Shown in pieces: positions 16,890-24,000 of a stretch of 24,000 nucleotides of DNA. Position numbers and translations under genes: made by a program. Below the pieces are notes generated by a model. It was not told the DNA's origin, ran no database searches, and worked only from the letters and a program-made list of their open reading frames with translations. The first letter of the stretch is position 1. Each line of letters begins with the position of its first letter. This DNA comes from Sulfurifustis variabilis (GTDB lineage Bacteria > Pseudomonadota > Gammaproteobacteria > Acidiferrobacterales > Sulfurifustaceae): positions 3,317,126 to 3,341,125 of the forward strand of contig NZ_AP014936.1 of the NCBI RefSeq assembly GCF_002355415.1. The letters are read 5' to 3'.

Positions 16890-18568
16890 AGCGTCCTCCG
16901 AATCTGTGGTTGATGGGTTGAATCGTTTAAGGAGCGACAGCGCCGGCTCGTGCCCGGGCCCCGCCAGCAATGGGGCAATGGCCATTTCGTTAGAGAGTGA
17001 TGAGCAGCGAGCGCGCCCGTTTCCGGGACGCGTGCGCGGGGGCTTGCGACCTGCTGCGCAAGCGGCGGGCTCAAAGAACGATCACCGTGAGTTCATCGAC
17101 GACGAAGACACCGATGGGCTTCCTGCCGGCCAACAGCAGGCTGGGTGGCTGCGCAACTTCCCGGGGCACGTGGCGTCGCGTATGGACGCCATATTCCCCG
17201 AGCGGCCTTGCGGCCGTGTACTGGGCGCCGCTTCGTCGGATCGATTGCATGCGAAGCCGACGCAACATCGGCTTCGGCACCGTATGCCGTCGTCCTGCGA
17301 CACGGTGCTTGGACGTGATCGTTACTACGCGATCACGTTTCGGGCGGGGGGGACGACCTGTTGGGGACCTTCGCGCGGAGACGGCGCGAATCGCGCTGGC
17401 GGTGAGGCTTGCCTGGCGCAGTGCCCTGATGGCGCATGCAAACAGCGAAAGCGCCTGCGAGCTACGACACGGGGGGACTCAACACTCTCGGGTAAGCACT
17501 TGGGGCGAGCATTCGCCCTTGTGCTATCGGCGCTGCTTTTCCTGTTCGGACGCTGCAGCTCGCGCGCCTCGGTCGAGGCTTGGGGGAAAACGCGCGCATT
17601 CTGAACTGATCACACACGCGCGGTCAAGCGCGTCTTCGCGCGCTTGTCGGGTGTGGAACTATTTGTCTGCGGTCGATGCGGGTGCCGCCGGCCCTGATCG
17701 GCATCGCCAAGTGCCGATGCACAAGGACGATTCTTGGACGCGCTCGACCCCTCTGTGTTCCGGGAACCGAGGCACGTGGAGATTGATCGCGAGACACGCC
17801 GCGACCGCGGGCTCCGGCACGCTGCCCTGCGACACGGTGCGGCATCGCGGAGAGCGACCGATCGCCGTCGATCACACCGGCAACCGATTGAGCCGCGCTC
17901 CATCGCCGTCACCATCAAACACGTCGCTTGCGACGTGCATCGCCCGTCACGAGCCCGATCGCGTCGTCTGCGACGTTTCTGCGACGCGCACCGGCGATAG
18001 ATGCGTGATCTGGTGATCTATCCCCTCTTGCCTCGCGATGAGTCTTCTGGCACAAATGCCGCCACGGGATTCGAGCGAGTCGAACCCGATAGTCGTCGGC
18101 GGCATGCGGCGACTGCGTGACCCGAGACCGCATGCGACACGCTCCACCCGATCGCTGGTCTCAACGAGGTGATCGATCGTTCGGCTTCTCAGGCCAAACG
18201 ATCGAGCGGCAACGAAAGCAAGGCACCGCTAGTGCCGACGCCCCGTTGCCGTAGCTTTTGTGATAGTAGCTGGCGCAAGACCCCGCAGTTTCTGCTAGGT
18301 CAATGAGGTCGGATAGCGTGCTCTTTGGCGTTCGCTGATCCGGCTTGAAACGAGACCTGCCGCGCGGCATGCGGCAACAGTCAAGCGGGTGCGGCATCGG
18401 GCTAATCAATCAGCCCTCGCTGCCAGCCCGCTTCTCTCCATGTTCCCTGTTCGTGATTTTGCGGCGTGCTGCGTGTGCGCCGCGCGGATGACGCACGCCC
18501 GCTCGCGCCGGTTTTTCACGCGCGCCGTTCACCCTGATTTCAACCGAATTCCTTAAAGGAGCTACTGC

Positions 18569-19579
18569 ATGCACACCACCATTCGAGCAATCGATGTTGG
18601 CTACGGAAACACCAAGTACACGCTGTCCCACAGCCGCCAGGGGGAGATCCCTTGCGGCGTCTTCGCGTCCATCGTCGCCCCGGCGGTGGCGGGCGATCTC
18701 TCGGACGGGGCGCTCGCGCGGCGCAACACCGCCGTCGTCCACGTGAACGGCTGCGACTACGAGGTCGGCCCGGATGCCGAGCTCGTGACTGGCGCGCACG
18801 CCGCGCGCGTGCTCCACGGCGAGTTCCTCGGCACGCGCGAGTATCTCGCGCTGCTGCGCGGGGCGCTCTGCTACATGGAGGTCGCGAGCATCGATCTCCT
18901 CGTGGTCGGCCTCCCGGTGTCCTACCTCGCGGACAAGGCGGCGGCGCTGCGCGCCCTGGCCGAAGGGACGCACGTGCTGTCGGTGAAGCATTCCGTGCAC
19001 GTGGCCAAGGCGCTCGTGCTCGCCCAGCCGCTCGGCGGCCTCGCCTACCACGCCATGACCCGCGGCCTCTACGGCCGGTTCCTCCAGACCCGCAACCTCA
19101 TCGTCGATCCCGGCTACTACACCGTCGACTGGCTGACCACGAAGGGCCTGCAGCCGCTGCCCAAGCGCTGCGGGAGCTTCGCCGGGGGTGTGCACGCGGT
19201 CGCTCGGGCCGTTGCGCGCGCGGTAGCGAGCGAGGAGCGGATTTCCCCTGATGAGCTGCCGGCGCTCGATGCCGCCGTGCGCGACGGCTACCTCACGCTC
19301 TTCGGCCGGCGTACGCCTCTGCAACCGCGGCATCTCGAGGCGGCCCGCGGCGTCACCGAGGAGGCGGCGCACGCGATTGCGAACTCGGTCGGGGCCGGAC
19401 GCGACATCGAGGCGATCCTGCTCGTCGGCGGCGGTGCGGATCTCTACCGCGAGGCGCTCGCCCGGCGGTATCCGAAGCACGCGGTCCAGATCGTACCGGA
19501 GCCGGTGCTCGCGAATGTCCGCGGCTTCCAGCTCATCGGCGAGGAGGTCGCGCGCCGGCGCCAAGCGGCCACGGCATGA
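18569..19579 (+). CDS. ParM/StbA-family actin-like segregation ATPase
   Basis: 336 aa with an AAGGAG RBS. Actin-fold motifs appear in order: IRAIDVGYGNTKY (phosphate 1), LLVVGLPVSY, VLAQPLGG, NLIVDPGYYTVDW (phosphate 2), ILLVGGGADLY (adenosine) and a C-terminal VRGFQLIG. Confidence 0.85.
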   Translation: MHTTIRAIDVGYGNTKYTLSHSRQGEIPCGVFASIVAPAVAGDLSDGALARRNTAVVHVNGCDYEVGPDAELVTGAHAARVLHGEFLGTREYLALLRGALCYMEVASIDLLVVGLPVSYLADKAAALRALAEGTHVLSVKHSVHVAKALVLAQPLGGLAYHAMTRGLYGRFLQTRNLIVDPGYYTVDWLTTKGLQPLPKRCGSFAGGVHAVARAVARAVASEERISPDELPALDAAVRDGYLTLFGRRTPLQPRHLEAARGVTEEAAHAIANSVGAGRDIEAILLVGGGADLYREALARRYPKHAVQIVPEPVLANVRGFQLIGEEVARRRQAATA

Positions 19580-19839
19580 AGCGGCTTCGCATCAACCTGC
19601 ACATCCGTGACGACGTCTCGCCGAGGCTCTACGAGGCCCTGGCCAGTCTGCCGCCGCGCCCGCGCGCCGAGCTCCTGCGGCGGCTCGCCGAGCTCGGCCT
19701 GCGGCCGGCCGCCCCAACCGTGCCGCAGCTTGACCGAGATGAGGCAACCGCCGTGGCCGCTATGACAGAAGCCAGCGATCCGCGGGACCGGGATGCGTTC
19801 GGCGATGAGCTGGTGCGCATCGTGAGCGGCCTGCCGTAA
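19576..19839 (+). CDS. small ribbon-helix-helix-like protein, candidate ParR-type adaptor
   Basis: 87 aa. The start overlaps the parM-like stop (ATGA). The N-terminus KRLRINLHIRDDVSPRLYEALASLPPRPRAELLRRLAELGL fits a beta-strand/helix/helix (RHH) pattern. The position matches parR in parMR loci. Confidence 0.5.
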   Translation: MKRLRINLHIRDDVSPRLYEALASLPPRPRAELLRRLAELGLRPAAPTVPQLDRDEATAVAAMTEASDPRDRDAFGDELVRIVSGLP

Positions 19840-19861
19840 GGACCAACACCGAGACCACGCC

Positions 19862-20275
19862 ATGCTCAAACACGCCAATCCTGACCCGAACCAGGTCGCC
19901 ACGTCCCTGGGGAAGTCCACGCCGCGCTCGTCCGAGAAAGACGGGAGAAGCGAGACGCTGCTGACACTGGAACAGGCAGCCCGGTTCCTCCGGATGAACC
20001 CGGAATCCCTGCGCCGCAAAGCAAAGGCCGGAGAGGTTCCGGGCGCCAAGATCGGACGATCCTGGCTCTTCTACGAACCTGACCTTGTCGCCAACTTGAG
20101 GTCCTTGTACCCTGCTTCTCGGGCGTTGCAGGGCAAGGAGGAAAATCCATGCTCTGCAAATTCAAGGGCAGTCCGCATTGGTACGTTCGCTTCACGGCGC
20201 CAAATGGACGCCGCATATGCCGAACTACTCGGACTGCCGATCGAAAGCTCGCCCAAGAGTACGAAATCCAGTTGA
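19862..20275 (+). CDS. excisionase-family HTH DNA-binding protein (Xis/AlpA-like)
   Basis: 137-aa ORF. The HTH_17-type core is LLTLEQAARFLRMNPESLRRKAKAGEVPGAKIGRSWLFYEPDLVANL. The RBS at 19862 is poor, so the start is uncertain. The tail overlaps the integrase gene by 127 nt. Confidence 0.6.
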   Translation: MLKHANPDPNQVATSLGKSTPRSSEKDGRSETLLTLEQAARFLRMNPESLRRKAKAGEVPGAKIGRSWLFYEPDLVANLRSLYPASRALQGKEENPCSANSRAVRIGTFASRRQMDAAYAELLGLPIESSPKSTKSS

Positions 20276-21216
20276 AGCAGGAGGTATGGCGGGCCTGCCA
20301 GCTCGGTGAGGAATCGCCGAAACGCTGGGAGGAGGCCGTCATGCCCTGGTCGCAGGCCAAGAAGTCCAAGCCGTCGTGGCGAGACCTGCGTCGGAACCTG
20401 CGGATACTGAATCCGTACCTCGGGGGCAAGCTGTTGAGAGACATCACCGCGGAGGACATAGATAGGATCAAGGCAGACCGAGAGTCAGCGGGGGTAGCGC
20501 CAGCAACAACCAATCGGACGCTCGAAGTGTTGCGTTCGGTATTGCGGATGGCACTCAAGCGTAATTGGCTCAAAGCGCTCCCCCCGATCGAATTCCTCGA
20601 CGAACCCGACGTTCGCATTCGTTGGATCACGCCGGAAGAAGCCGACCGGTTGATTCAGGAACTGGCGAAGTCGAAGCGGACCGCAGCGCTTGCGGAATTG
20701 GTCCGGTTCAGCCTCGCGACGGGACTGCGCGAATCGAACGTCACCGGCCTTGAGTGGTCTAGGGTCGATCTGGAGCGGCGGGTAATGTGGGTGGAAGGCT
20801 ATCAATCGAAGAACGGTTCGGCCTTCAATCTGCCGCTTTCCGCCGAGGCGATCCTGGTGCTACGTCGGCAGCAAGGGAAGCATTCGCGGTGGGTGTTTAC
20901 GTATTACGGAAAGCGAGTAAAACGGGGCAACACGAAGGCGTTCAAAGCGGCTCTGAAGCGCGCAGGGATTTCCAACTTCCGTTGGCACGACCTGCGTCAC
21001 ACCTGGGCCTCTTGGCACGTTCAAAATGGAACGCCGATCCCCGTGCTGCAGCAACTCGGTGGATGGAAGACGCTCGCGATGGTCATGCGGTACGCCCATC
21101 TCGGCGCCAGCCACCTCGCCGAGTTTGCCGACAACGTCCCGAGGCTTCGGGTCGTTGCTGGCAAAAAATTGGCAAAGTCAGAATGCGACTCTACCGAAGA
21201 TGCTGTAAGTGCTTGA
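20149..21216 (+). CDS. tyrosine-type site-specific integrase
   Basis: 355 aa with AAGGAGGA 7 nt upstream. The N-terminal arm-binding pattern is KGSPHWYVRFTAPNGRRICRTTRTADRKLAQEYE. Catalytic residues are TGLRESNVTGLEW (Arg), WHDLRHTWASW (H-x-x-R) and GGWKTLAMVMRYAHL (Tyr). The stop lies 4 nt from a tRNA-Lys 3' fragment. Confidence 0.9.
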   Translation: MLCKFKGSPHWYVRFTAPNGRRICRTTRTADRKLAQEYEIQLKQEVWRACQLGEESPKRWEEAVMPWSQAKKSKPSWRDLRRNLRILNPYLGGKLLRDITAEDIDRIKADRESAGVAPATTNRTLEVLRSVLRMALKRNWLKALPPIEFLDEPDVRIRWITPEEADRLIQELAKSKRTAALAELVRFSLATGLRESNVTGLEWSRVDLERRVMWVEGYQSKNGSAFNLPLSAEAILVLRRQQGKHSRWVFTYYGKRVKRGNTKAFKAALKRAGISNFRWHDLRHTWASWHVQNGTPIPVLQQLGGWKTLAMVMRYAHLGASHLAEFADNVPRLRVVAGKKLAKSECDSTEDAVSA

Positions 21217-21220
21217 TAAC

Positions 21221-21266
21221 TGGTGGGCCGTGCAGGAGTCGAACCTGCGACCAACTGGTTAAAAGG
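21221..21266 (-). other. 3' 46 nt of tRNA-Lys(UUU), from anticodon loop to CCA; att-site core, not an intact tRNA
   Basis: Minus strand: CTTTTAA-CCAGT-TGGTC-GCAGG-TTCGACT-CCTGC-ACGGCCC-A-CCA. This gives the anticodon loop (UUU), 3' anticodon stem, variable loop, complete T arm, 3' acceptor strand, discriminator and CCA. The 5' anticodon-stem partner (ACTGG expected, CACGC found), the D arm and the 5' acceptor strand (GGGCCGT) are absent. Confidence 0.8.
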
Positions 21267-21573
21267 CGTGAGCTGTTTTTGTGGGCGTAGTCAATTCAAC
21301 CACTTACGGAGCGCCCGTTGCACACAAAAGCAGCAAAACGTCCATTTGGGCCCACTGAAGTGTCACAAAAGTGCCACACGAAAATTTTTTTCGAGCGTCA
21401 CTTACGCAAGGATTCGCTCGCACGGCGAAATGATACGCTGCGCGACGCAAGGTGGTCACCCAACATGCTCTCCAGATCCTGGATCTGTCATGCGCGTTCT
21501 CGGTGCCCTTCCTCCTCTTTTCGGCGCCGCGCCTCTTTCTCCAATCTCTCCTTTTCGATTTCACGCGACCGAG

Positions 21574-22992
21574 TTACATGAAGAACCGAAACTGATACGG
21601 CGCGCTCCCCAAACCGTGCATGCGCTTAACCACTCGCGCGAGTACCTTCGCGTACCCAATGGTTACGGGTAGCGGGTCATACAAAGCATCGTTGTTCCAG
21701 TCCATTTTCGAAAGCGCGAGTATGGCGCGCGCGGTCTCGTCCCAAGGCCCGTGGCCGGCGTGCCGTACCAAGCGCACCGGTACGGGTGTACCTCGAGCAC
21801 CCTGAAAGTATTGCCGATCGCTAATGCCACGTACGTCACCATGGGTCCACAGCAACGCTTCTCGCGGACCGAGACCCATCAGCGTACCGCGCGAAACCGG
21901 AAAGGCTGCGGGCTTTCCCTTCTTCGCGCCATCATCACCGTCGATCCGAATTCCGCGCCAACCAACGTCTTCAACGATCTGCAAGAGATCGACTGCCTCG
22001 CACAGATGAAGGGCTTCCATGCAACCATCGATCTCGTCCGGCTTAAATTCGGTTGTCTTATGGACCATCACACGGCGCGGCGAGCGACCAGCATGACGGC
22101 GACGGTATAGTTCCAACGAACGTGTCATCACGCGGAACATCTCGGTACGTGAGAGGAATGGATTGTCGCGTTGGACCTCCACTTCGTGGGCATCATAGGC
22201 AACAAACTCCAAGCCCGAGCCTTCAGCGTCAAAAACCTGGCTGCAGCAGGTAACAAAGCGAGGCCGGTCCGATTCGACCGGGCGCACGGCGTAGGAAATT
22301 CCGATGTAAGCAGTTTCAGGGTCCATCTCAGCCAGCTTCCAGGGCACACCACCGGCCTTGGCATAAAGCGCTAACCCAATGCGCCACATCACACTAGCTC
22401 GATCTGGATAGGCGAGCGCCTTGTCCTCGCGTACCAACTGGACAGGGAGTCGACGGGTGGCTGTTGCGGCTTTTAGGTGATCATGCAGATCAAAATCTTC
22501 GCCTGACGCCCCGACGTAGCCAGCTGCCCAGCGTTGAGGGATGTAAATAAACAGCACATCAAAATCATTGCGTTGGGTGTCGAGGCGCTGAATGGCGCGC
22601 ACCAGCCGCTCGGCCAACACAATGTGCGGTGTTGATGAATCGCAGAATTCAGCCTCAAGTTCTTTGTCGAGCTCAACGTGGCAGCTACCACCGGCGGCTT
22701 TCATATGAAGACCGAAAACGCGCTGAAAACCGGGCCACTCCGGCAGATAGTCTCTGCGCTCGCTGGGTTTGGCTGGCGCGTTGAGCTGCTTCAAGAAATC
22801 GTAAAGGCGGTGGCTCTCACCCTCAGGTGCCAACGTGGCGACGCGGATAGGATCCGGCACCAAGCCGCTGGAGTGCGGACCGAATCGCAGCAGGCCCCGC
22901 AGCGGGTGAATGTCCTGGTCAGATGCGCGATCAGGATGGAAGGCCAGTTTTGGTTCAGGCAACCAAACATGAGGAAAAATCTCGCTGCTCAT
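21574..22992 (-). CDS. short prokaryotic Argonaute (MID-PIWI only, catalytically inactive)
   Basis: 472 aa with a GGAGGG RBS. MID 5'-end pocket candidates are H-x3-K (DLHDHLK), Q (PVQLV) and K (LYAKAGGVPWKL), with spacing close to the canonical Y/H-K-Q-K. The PIWI motif is AYIGISYAV, where active Agos have G-x-D-V, so the first catalytic Asp is replaced by Ser. The C-terminus is YQFRFFM. The size fits short pAgos, which lack N and PAZ domains. Confidence 0.9.
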   Translation of the reverse strand: MSSEIFPHVWLPEPKLAFHPDRASDQDIHPLRGLLRFGPHSSGLVPDPIRVATLAPEGESHRLYDFLKQLNAPAKPSERRDYLPEWPGFQRVFGLHMKAAGGSCHVELDKELEAEFCDSSTPHIVLAERLVRAIQRLDTQRNDFDVLFIYIPQRWAAGYVGASGEDFDLHDHLKAATATRRLPVQLVREDKALAYPDRASVMWRIGLALYAKAGGVPWKLAEMDPETAYIGISYAVRPVESDRPRFVTCCSQVFDAEGSGLEFVAYDAHEVEVQRDNPFLSRTEMFRVMTRSLELYRRRHAGRSPRRVMVHKTTEFKPDEIDGCMEALHLCEAVDLLQIVEDVGWRGIRIDGDDGAKKGKPAAFPVSRGTLMGLGPREALLWTHGDVRGISDRQYFQGARGTPVPVRLVRHAGHGPWDETARAILALSKMDWNNDALYDPLPVTIGYAKVLARVVKRMHGLGSAPYQFRFFM

Positions 22993-24000
22993 GCCCCAGC
23001 CCTCCTCGAAAAGGCGGTAATCCCAGAGATAGAAAAAACGGCATCGACACCATCACCGATTTCCAGCGCGCGCAGATCGCTGCCGGCAAGTAGTTCAGCC
23101 CAAAAATCGACGAAATCGTTGAGTTGCCGGTTATAGCGCTTAACCGTCCTTTCACGAGAAAAATCTGCGGCAGCCGCCTTATTGGCATCGGTGATGCCAT
23201 CGAAGACTGTCCGCGGTTCGATCAACAACCACAGGCGGTCATCGGCCCAGTCGAGCCGAATTCCAACACCTTCACGCCAACGTAATCCGGAACCACCTGC
23301 GACCGCACCACTGAGCGAGCCGGCCAGACGTTTCAGTGGCGCCCATGTGCTGTCCGCTGGATCAGTTGGTGCTAGCAGATCCGTGCTTCGCCGGCGAACG
23401 ACGTCAAGACACCGATGGCGCTGGATCGCCCGAGTCAGTGCATCGCGCAAGAGACCGCGTTCGCCAGAATCATAGCGAAGCCGTTTTGTCTCGATGGTAT
23501 GCAAGTCAAATTCCGTGATGCCGTATGGCTCGAAAGCCTTACGCACATCAGCGTCCCTACCATATGCCAATACTCCGGCCCGAGTGCGAGCAATCAATAC
23601 GTCCACACCGGCCTTTTGAGCTGCATCGCGCGCTTCACCAAAGCCGCCGATCTGGCACACTACACGCCGGCACACGTTGGGCGTACGGACTACCGGTAAC
23701 GCATTGAGGCGCACTACTGGCCAACCACGACTTCCGTTTGGACGCGGAGCGTCGCTCCAGCGCCGACGCTCCGTAGCGAAAGCATCAAGCACGGTCGTGT
23801 CGATACCCTTCACCAGACGGATGAGATCTCGCATTACCTCGTCGAAGTTTTCCACACGCACTAGCCCAGCTTCCACTCCCGCCGCCTTGGCGCTCAACAG
23901 TAACTGCTGAACGCGGGGGAGCGGCGGTTCTTCGCCTCGATGCAGCCAAAAGAGCCCCAACTGGAACGCGTCGCTGTGCTTTAGTGCCTCCTCGAGCGCG
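22989..24000 (-). CDS. APAZ-domain partner of the short pAgo; the N-terminal effector domain (probably SIR2) is outside the window
   Basis: The reading frame is open from the window edge: ...ALEEALKHSDAFQLGLFWLHRGEEPP.... The ORF-track 'M' at 23960 is an internal TTG. The stop overlaps the pAgo ATG as ATGA. About 337 aa are visible. The first 60 or so (FWLHRGEEPP..LLLSAKAAGVEAGLVRVENFDEVMRDLIRL) resemble the tail of SIR2_2-type domains. The remainder has the size and position of APAZ. Confidence 0.8.
   Translation of the reverse strand, partial: ALEEALKHSDAFQLGLFWLHRGEEPPLPRVQQLLLSAKAAGVEAGLVRVENFDEVMRDLIRLVKGIDTTVLDAFATERRRWSDAPRPNGSRGWPVVRLNALPVVRTPNVCRRVVCQIGGFGEARDAAQKAGVDVLIARTRAGVLAYGRDADVRKAFEPYGITEFDLHTIETKRLRYDSGERGLLRDALTRAIQRHRCLDVVRRRSTDLLAPTDPADSTWAPLKRLAGSLSGAVAGGSGLRWREGVGIRLDWADDRLWLLIEPRTVFDGITDANKAAAADFSRERTVKRYNRQLNDFVDFWAELLAGSDLRALEIGDGVDAVFSISGITAFSRRAGA

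Larger units (their letters stand above)
12614..21266. mobile_element. integrative element ('island 1'): int, xis-like, parMR-like, second recombinase and DUF1173/nuclease module. The left boundary is not identified
   Basis: The integrase gene abuts a tRNA-Lys att fragment on the right. The gene content is plasmid/ICE-like. No second att copy was found by eye to the left, so 12614 is only a provisional limit. It could extend to about 7340. Confidence 0.45.
21267..24000. mobile_element. left end of a second tRNA-Lys-associated island carrying the short pAgo operon; it continues beyond the window
   Basis: GC visibly drops immediately right of the tRNA fragment. For a minus-strand tRNA, a displaced 3' fragment marks the left end of an insertion whose right end should be the intact tRNA. 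Confidence 0.4.

Noticed and set aside
16997-18016. 339-aa + strand ORF, with the overlapping 263-aa ORF 16813..17604
   Set aside because: The sequence is rich in Arg, Ser and Cys, with no RBS and no motif. I treat the region as non-coding or decayed.
17836-18399. 12-mer GGTGCGGCATCG occurring twice (17836 and 18388), plus several GCGGCAT variants
   Set aside because: In 24 kb, on the order of ten or more exact 12-mer coincidences are expected by chance, and more with GC bias. I found no regular spacing.
18161-18409. 82-aa minus-strand ORF divergent from the parM-like gene
   Set aside because: It has a TTG start, no RBS, mixed codon third-position usage and no motif. That is not enough to call it.
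18410-19564. 384-aa minus-strand ORF
   Set aside because: It is antisense to the ParM-like gene, which has all the actin-fold motifs and a strong RBS. Its composition is Arg-rich.
21473-21487. Palindrome CAGATCC-T-GGATCTG downstream of the pAgo gene, considered as its terminator
   Set aside because: A 1-nt loop would not form a stable RNA hairpin, and no U tract follows on the minus strand.

Overview
High-GC (by eye about 65-70%) proteobacterial-type DNA. No rRNA, CRISPR array or intact tRNA was seen. The window falls into four parts.

(1) 1-7330: a block of genes all on the minus strand that looks chromosomal. It holds an ABC1/UbiB kinase (partial), two MerR-family regulators, two secreted Met/Gly-rich proteins (one Spy/CpxP-like), a 37-aa membrane peptide missing from the ORF track, a c-type cytochrome, a YVTN beta-propeller, DUF302, a class II glutamine amidotransferase and a His/Cys-rich membrane protein. 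Two promoters here share the same MerR-type architecture.

(2) 7340-12600: a patchy region. It contains a HicB-like mini-ORF, a Cache-HAMP-GAF-GGDEF-EAL sensor whose 5' end appears frameshifted in a homopolymer, and small hypothetical ORFs.

(3) About 12600-21266: an integrative-element backbone. It carries a tyrosine integrase and an excisionase-like HTH gene next to a 46-nt 3' fragment of tRNA-Lys(UUU), and an actin-like ParM/ParR-like pair. It also carries an Integrase_1-type recombinase and a DUF1173 / small ORF / RecB-like PD-(D/E)XK nuclease operon.

(4) 21267-24000: DNA of visibly lower GC beginning right after the tRNA fragment. It carries a short prokaryotic Argonaute (MID-PIWI, catalytically dead) translationally coupled to an upstream APAZ-domain partner. 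That partner's effector domain (probably SIR2) lies beyond the right window edge.

The pAgo operon is the strongest defence-system signal. The DUF1173/nuclease module and the MerR-controlled envelope cluster are the least characterised parts. All domain calls come from reading motifs by eye, since no database search was possible.
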